A stretch of DNA of 64,000 bases from the sequence record MZ681930.1, one strand, 5' to 3'. This document shows positions 60,772-64,000 of this stretch, piece by piece. Under the pieces are notes generated by a model, which was not told the DNA's origin, did not search any database, and saw only the letters and a list, made by a program, of their open reading frames with translations. Source of the DNA: Enterobacteria phage phiC600P9. The first letter of the stretch is position 1. Each line of letters opens with the position of its first letter. Both the position numbers and the translations under genes were made by a program.

Positions 60772-61634
60772 TAGAATGCTCCTTGGAAAATATTATCACC
60801 ACTAGTAAATCTATTAAAATACCCTGCATCGCCAGGCTTGGTATAACTCCACGTATGGAATGGATTCATATGATACGGGTGTGTATAATATGGATTATAT
60901 GGATGTGTATAATATGGATTATACGGATTAAATCCAGGAGTTCTCCAGGTAGTGTTCCAACGAAAAGAATCGTTTTTAACCATCTTCTCAATTACATCTT
61001 TTATAGCTTTTTCACTATCAAAACTTTCTTTATTTTCCTTTGGTGAAAAAAGCTTATTTTCTACATCATTCCATGTATAAACTCGCTGCGCAGTTTTTGG
61101 AATATTGTCACGCTCTCCTCGAGCCATCCAATAAACCGGAACATTTAATATTTCACTCGCGTGGTCACAGTGGTGAGCGAGATCGTCAATATAACAAATT
61201 ACGTTATATTTCTCTTTTGCCTTTTTAAACAACTCTTCTTTTGAAGAATCATGGCCACACATCATTACTTCTGAGAAGGCACCAGGAAAAAGAGCATTCA
61301 AATTAAATTGACGATTCAACAGAGCGTCAATAGAATCACCCAATGCTGTAACAGCTACAAAATTATAATCTTCTTTTAATTTGTTAATTACACACAGGGC
61401 ATCTTTATACGGAGACAAGTAACGAATAAAATCTGAACGATTGTATTTTTCAATTAACTTGACGCCAAGTTCTTCATCACAATTAAAGAGTTTACCTGGA
61501 GAAATAAATTTCTCATCTTGGATCATTTTTAAAATATGTTCTAACGGAAGATTATATTTCTGAGCAAAATAAGGAAGGCCTGATTGCCAGCTTAAACATA
61601 CTCCATCAATATCAGTTAAAATAGTAGGCTTCAT
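60771..61634 (-). CDS. HAD-superfamily-like hydrolase (30.2 position) with C-terminal Pro/Tyr repeat
   Basis: 287 aa; N-terminal HAD motif I (ILTDIDGV); C-terminal tandem repeat NPYNPYYTHPY-NPYYTHPY. Confidence 0.6.
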   Translation of the reverse strand: MKPTILTDIDGVCLSWQSGLPYFAQKYNLPLEHILKMIQDEKFISPGKLFNCDEELGVKLIEKYNRSDFIRYLSPYKDALCVINKLKEDYNFVAVTALGDSIDALLNRQFNLNALFPGAFSEVMMCGHDSSKEELFKKAKEKYNVICYIDDLAHHCDHASEILNVPVYWMARGERDNIPKTAQRVYTWNDVENKLFSPKENKESFDSEKAIKDVIEKMVKNDSFRWNTTWRTPGFNPYNPYYTHPYNPYYTHPYHMNPFHTWSYTKPGDAGYFNRFTSGDNIFQGAF

Positions 61635-62089
61635 AGAGAGTCTCTTAATAGGTTTAACACATCAATAAATTCAGCTTCGGTTAGTATTGTATCATCTTTT
61701 GTTAGACCACTAGCCATGCTGTGCTTCAAAACTTTTCCTTTCGAGGCTTGTAATGCATCGCGAAAACCCTTGTTTTGGAACGCTGCTTCAAAATATGCAT
61801 TTGTGTATAATTCTTTCCACGCCGGGGAATATCTTGAAAACGGAACTCCAAGCCAGAAGAGGGTCCCACGGTCCTGAGCTCTAGCATAAGACCTTCCAGC
61901 TTGTTGAGCGGCAAGCCCAGATAACCCAAATATACGACGTTGTTGTTCAACGTTTTTCACCTTGCATCCTTGGAGGAATCCTTCAAGACCTCCAAATTGA
62001 ATACCATCCATAACGAAAGGCCATTGGGCGAAATTACTTAATGCACATGATGGCCACCTAAAATTGCTTCTAATCTCTAACTCAGACAT
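61631..62089 (-). CDS. NADAR/YbiA-like domain protein (30.3 position)
   Basis: About 152 aa from the ATG at 62087-62089 (ORF-track start is TTG); motif SNFAQWPFVMDGIQF resembles the SNFA-WP-DG signature of E. coli YbiA (NADAR). Confidence 0.55.
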   Translation of the reverse strand: MSELEIRSNFRWPSCALSNFAQWPFVMDGIQFGGLEGFLQGCKVKNVEQQRRIFGLSGLAAQQAGRSYARAQDRGTLFWLGVPFSRYSPAWKELYTNAYFEAAFQNKGFRDALQASKGKVLKHSMASGLTKDDTILTEAEFIDVLNLLRDSL

Positions 62090-62288
62090 TTTCAATGCTT
62101 ATAATTTCAACATCAGCCCAATGACCATAGCAAGGAAGACGAAATTCAACTGGCCAGTTAGGGTCCTTTTCTAATATAATAGACTCAACTCGTGGTTCTT
62201 CATGTTCATCAGTATATGGATTTTTATCTGTTACTTTATATGTGACCTTAATGTACTGAATTCCAAAAATCTTATTAATTATATTCAT
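62082..62288 (-). CDS. hypothetical protein, 68 aa
   Basis: Complete small ORF in the tightly packed minus-strand 30.x operon; overlaps neighbours at both ends. Confidence 0.45.
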   Translation of the reverse strand: MNIINKIFGIQYIKVTYKVTDKNPYTDEHEEPRVESIILEKDPNWPVEFRLPCYGHWADVEIISIENV

Positions 62289-62482
62289 ACTAATTCCTTT
62301 AATCCGTAGATAGGAGATAATTCATCACCCATACGAAGGTCTTCATTTCCATCTACCCAGGAAACAATATAAGCCTCTTTTATTTGAATACCACTCCATT
62401 TAAATGGAGGTAGAACCTTAGAAATTAATCCAGGTATACCAACTCCCTTTAATTCAACAGTTTGACCTAAAAAGAATTTCAT
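62285..62482 (-). CDS. hypothetical protein, 65 aa
   Basis: Complete small ORF, overlapping junctions with neighbours. Confidence 0.45.
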   Translation of the reverse strand: MKFFLGQTVELKGVGIPGLISKVLPPFKWSGIQIKEAYIVSWVDGNEDLRMGDELSPIYGLKELV

Positions 62483-62769
62483 TAGAACCTCATCTGAAAA
62501 CCGTGCGATTTAACATTACCGCCACCAATATCAGAGATATTAATTTCGCGCGCAATTGAAGGGTCAATGTCAATTTCACGATTGAGTTTAGTGATAGCTA
62601 AAGTATCGCGCCCATTTACAGTACGGAACTCTAAAGGGCAGACTACATTAACATAGTTTTTAATCGATTCACTAGTAGGCTGCAAATGAGCAGGAAGGTC
62701 TTTAGGCGCCTTAGAGAAAACAACTTCACAGAAATTTTTGCGGGTATCAAAATAAGTAGTCATAAACAT
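62482..62769 (-). CDS. hypothetical protein, 95 aa
   Basis: ATG preceded by SD GAGGAAAA and an upstream GC hairpin. Confidence 0.5.
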   Translation of the reverse strand: MFMTTYFDTRKNFCEVVFSKAPKDLPAHLQPTSESIKNYVNVVCPLEFRTVNGRDTLAITKLNREIDIDPSIAREINISDIGGGNVKSHGFQMRF

Positions 62770-62809
62770 AATATTTTCCTCAATAGGGGCCGAAGCCCCT
62801 CATTTTATT

Positions 62810-63175
62810 TTAAATATCAAATTCGTTAAGAACTACATCAAAGATCGCTTCAAGATGCTCAGGTTTAGCTCTGTTACTCAGAATATGACGAATCCAAGTT
62901 TTAACTAAGAGTTTACGATTAGCACCATTCCAGCAAGGATGAGTCCCTAAATCGCGTTGACGGAAATCATCATCTAATGCGATTTTAAAAGAAGAACCTT
63001 CTTTCGTGATTGAAACCGTGATGCCATTTTCAAATCGCATATAAACGTAGTTAGGAGTCATATACTGTTCAATTTCGCATACTGATCCATTTTGATGTTT
63101 CCAAAGGCAGATAGTATCAATAGAACCTGCAATACCGTTAGAAACATATTTACGTTCAAAGTTAATGTAGTTCAT
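62810..63175 (-). CDS. hypothetical protein, 121 aa
   Basis: Complete ORF with ATG; no motif recognised. Confidence 0.5.
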   Translation of the reverse strand: MNYINFERKYVSNGIAGSIDTICLWKHQNGSVCEIEQYMTPNYVYMRFENGITVSITKEGSSFKIALDDDFRQRDLGTHPCWNGANRKLLVKTWIRHILSNRAKPEHLEAIFDVVLNEFDI

Positions 63176-63243
63176 TTTTATTCTCCGAGATGTTTAATTG
63201 CGGTACAGGTATATAATATCATATCCTGTACCAAAGTAAACAA

Positions 63244-63576
63244 TTATTTTACTACTTTCCAGTGCTGCATGTCAAGTTTACCAACTTTTTTCATCTTCTC
63301 AATTAAGCGTTCGGCACGTTGGCGAGCTGTAACATAATACCATTCACCCAACTCATTTTGTTCAATTTTTCCAACGATTACCGTATTCAGTTCATAAATC
63401 CAACCAGTAAAGAAATTATGAACTTGGATTGTAAAGGTGAAATCTGTTCCCATACCTTCTGTTGTTTCTACTTCAATAATATCACCTTCAACTGCCATTA
63501 AGAACCACATAGTTTCATCATATTTACCATTGAAGCATTTAGTTTTAACTGTGGCGTTCAGATTAATCGTTTTCAT
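63244..63576 (-). CDS. hypothetical protein, 110 aa
   Basis: ATG preceded by SD AAGGAG; early promoter copy C lies about 30 nt upstream. Confidence 0.5.
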   Translation of the reverse strand: MKTINLNATVKTKCFNGKYDETMWFLMAVEGDIIEVETTEGMGTDFTFTIQVHNFFTGWIYELNTVIVGKIEQNELGEWYYVTARQRAERLIEKMKKVGKLDMQHWKVVK

Positions 63577-63603
63577 TTTATTCTCCTTTGTTTGTGTAAG
63601 ATA

Positions 63604-63633
63604 ATACTATCACAAAGGAACCATACTGTAAAC
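63604..63633 (-). promoter_or_regulatory. T4 early-type sigma70 promoter (minus strand), cassette copy C
   Basis: Minus strand: -35 GTTTAC (63628-63633), 18-nt spacer, -10 TAGTAT (63604-63609); shares GTAAACAACTTTGTG with copies A and B. Confidence 0.5.
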
Positions 63634-63657
63634 AACTTTGTGCAATCTTTGGAAAAT

Positions 63658-63685
63658 AAAAAAGGACTCCCGAAGGAGTCCTTAA
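63658..63685 (-). terminator. intrinsic terminator hairpin (minus strand)
   Basis: Minus-strand RNA AAGGACUCCUUCGGGAGUCCUU followed by UUUUU. Confidence 0.6.
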
Positions 63686-63686
63686 C

Positions 63687-63905
63687 TTATGCTTTCTGCT
63701 TACCAAAACGAGAAGCATCATCTCGAAGAACCGCACGTGCTCGGCGCATGATCTTCTCAACAGTTTGATTGATACGAGAGTTCGACCCACGCTTGTAACC
63801 AGCGCGTTTAGAATCACCAACTTTCTTTTCAACTGCTTTCTTTGCTTTAGCTTGTTTTGCCATTATAAATTCTCTTTTAAATGAAAATGCAGGACTTATT
63901 GGCAT
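63687..63905 (-). CDS. small basic protein, start uncertain (58-72 aa)
   Basis: Lys/Arg-rich ORF (MAKQAKAKKAVEKKVGDSKRAGYKRG...); two candidate ATGs (63905 and 63863), neither with a strong SD. Confidence 0.35.
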   Translation of the reverse strand: MPISPAFSFKREFIMAKQAKAKKAVEKKVGDSKRAGYKRGSNSRINQTVEKIMRRARAVLRDDASRFGKQKA

Positions 63906-64000
63906 TGCCTGCGCAAGCCCTCACGGGGAACATAGGTTTTTGAATATTTAACGACCAGGATAACCATAAACCCGTCATCATACCTTATAGCTCTTATCTG

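Noticed and set aside
63578-63832. 84-aa minus-strand ORF
   Set aside because: It overlaps the terminator hairpin, the early promoter copy C and the neighbouring basic-protein ORF in another frame; it has no SD and is probably spurious.
63906-64000. Possible partial gene or structured RNA at the window end
   Set aside because: No ORF of useful length reaches the edge in any frame and a GC-rich inverted repeat near 63900-63930 could not be folded convincingly; there is too little sequence to call.

Overview
This window is a contiguous slice of a T4-like (Tevenvirinae, Tequatrovirus-type) myophage genome; all calls are by eye from sequence and recalled T4 biology, with no searches run. Coordinates 1-9547 are a minus-strand early/accessory block: hypothetical genes, a tRNA cluster of 9 tRNAs split by a SegB-like GIY-YIG endonuclease, an internal-protein (ipI-type) hypervariable locus, then 57B, 57A, 1, 3, 2, 4. 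Coordinates 9595-40177 are the plus-strand late structural module in canonical T4 order (53, 5, 5.1, 5.4, 6-12, wac, 13-20, 67, 68, 21-24), most with T4-identical protein lengths and TATAAATA late promoters. Then follow rnlB, hoc, inh, segE, uvsW, uvsY, baseplate hub genes 25-54, alt, DNA ligase (30) and 30.x-type small genes. Departures from the T4 layout as I recall it: (1) a diverged second Alt-like ADP-ribosyltransferase in tandem with alt; (2) a free-standing HNH endonuclease between genes 18 and 19; (3) capsid-targeting-sequence proteins and duplicated early-promoter cassettes in hypervariable loci; (4) a tRNA set with Asn and Tyr but no Pro; (5) a NADAR/YbiA-like protein and a 2H-phosphoesterase-like 57B. 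I found no CRISPR array, integrase or rRNA, and no single obviously new multi-gene system; the Alt pair and the internal-protein loci are the best candidates for new biology.
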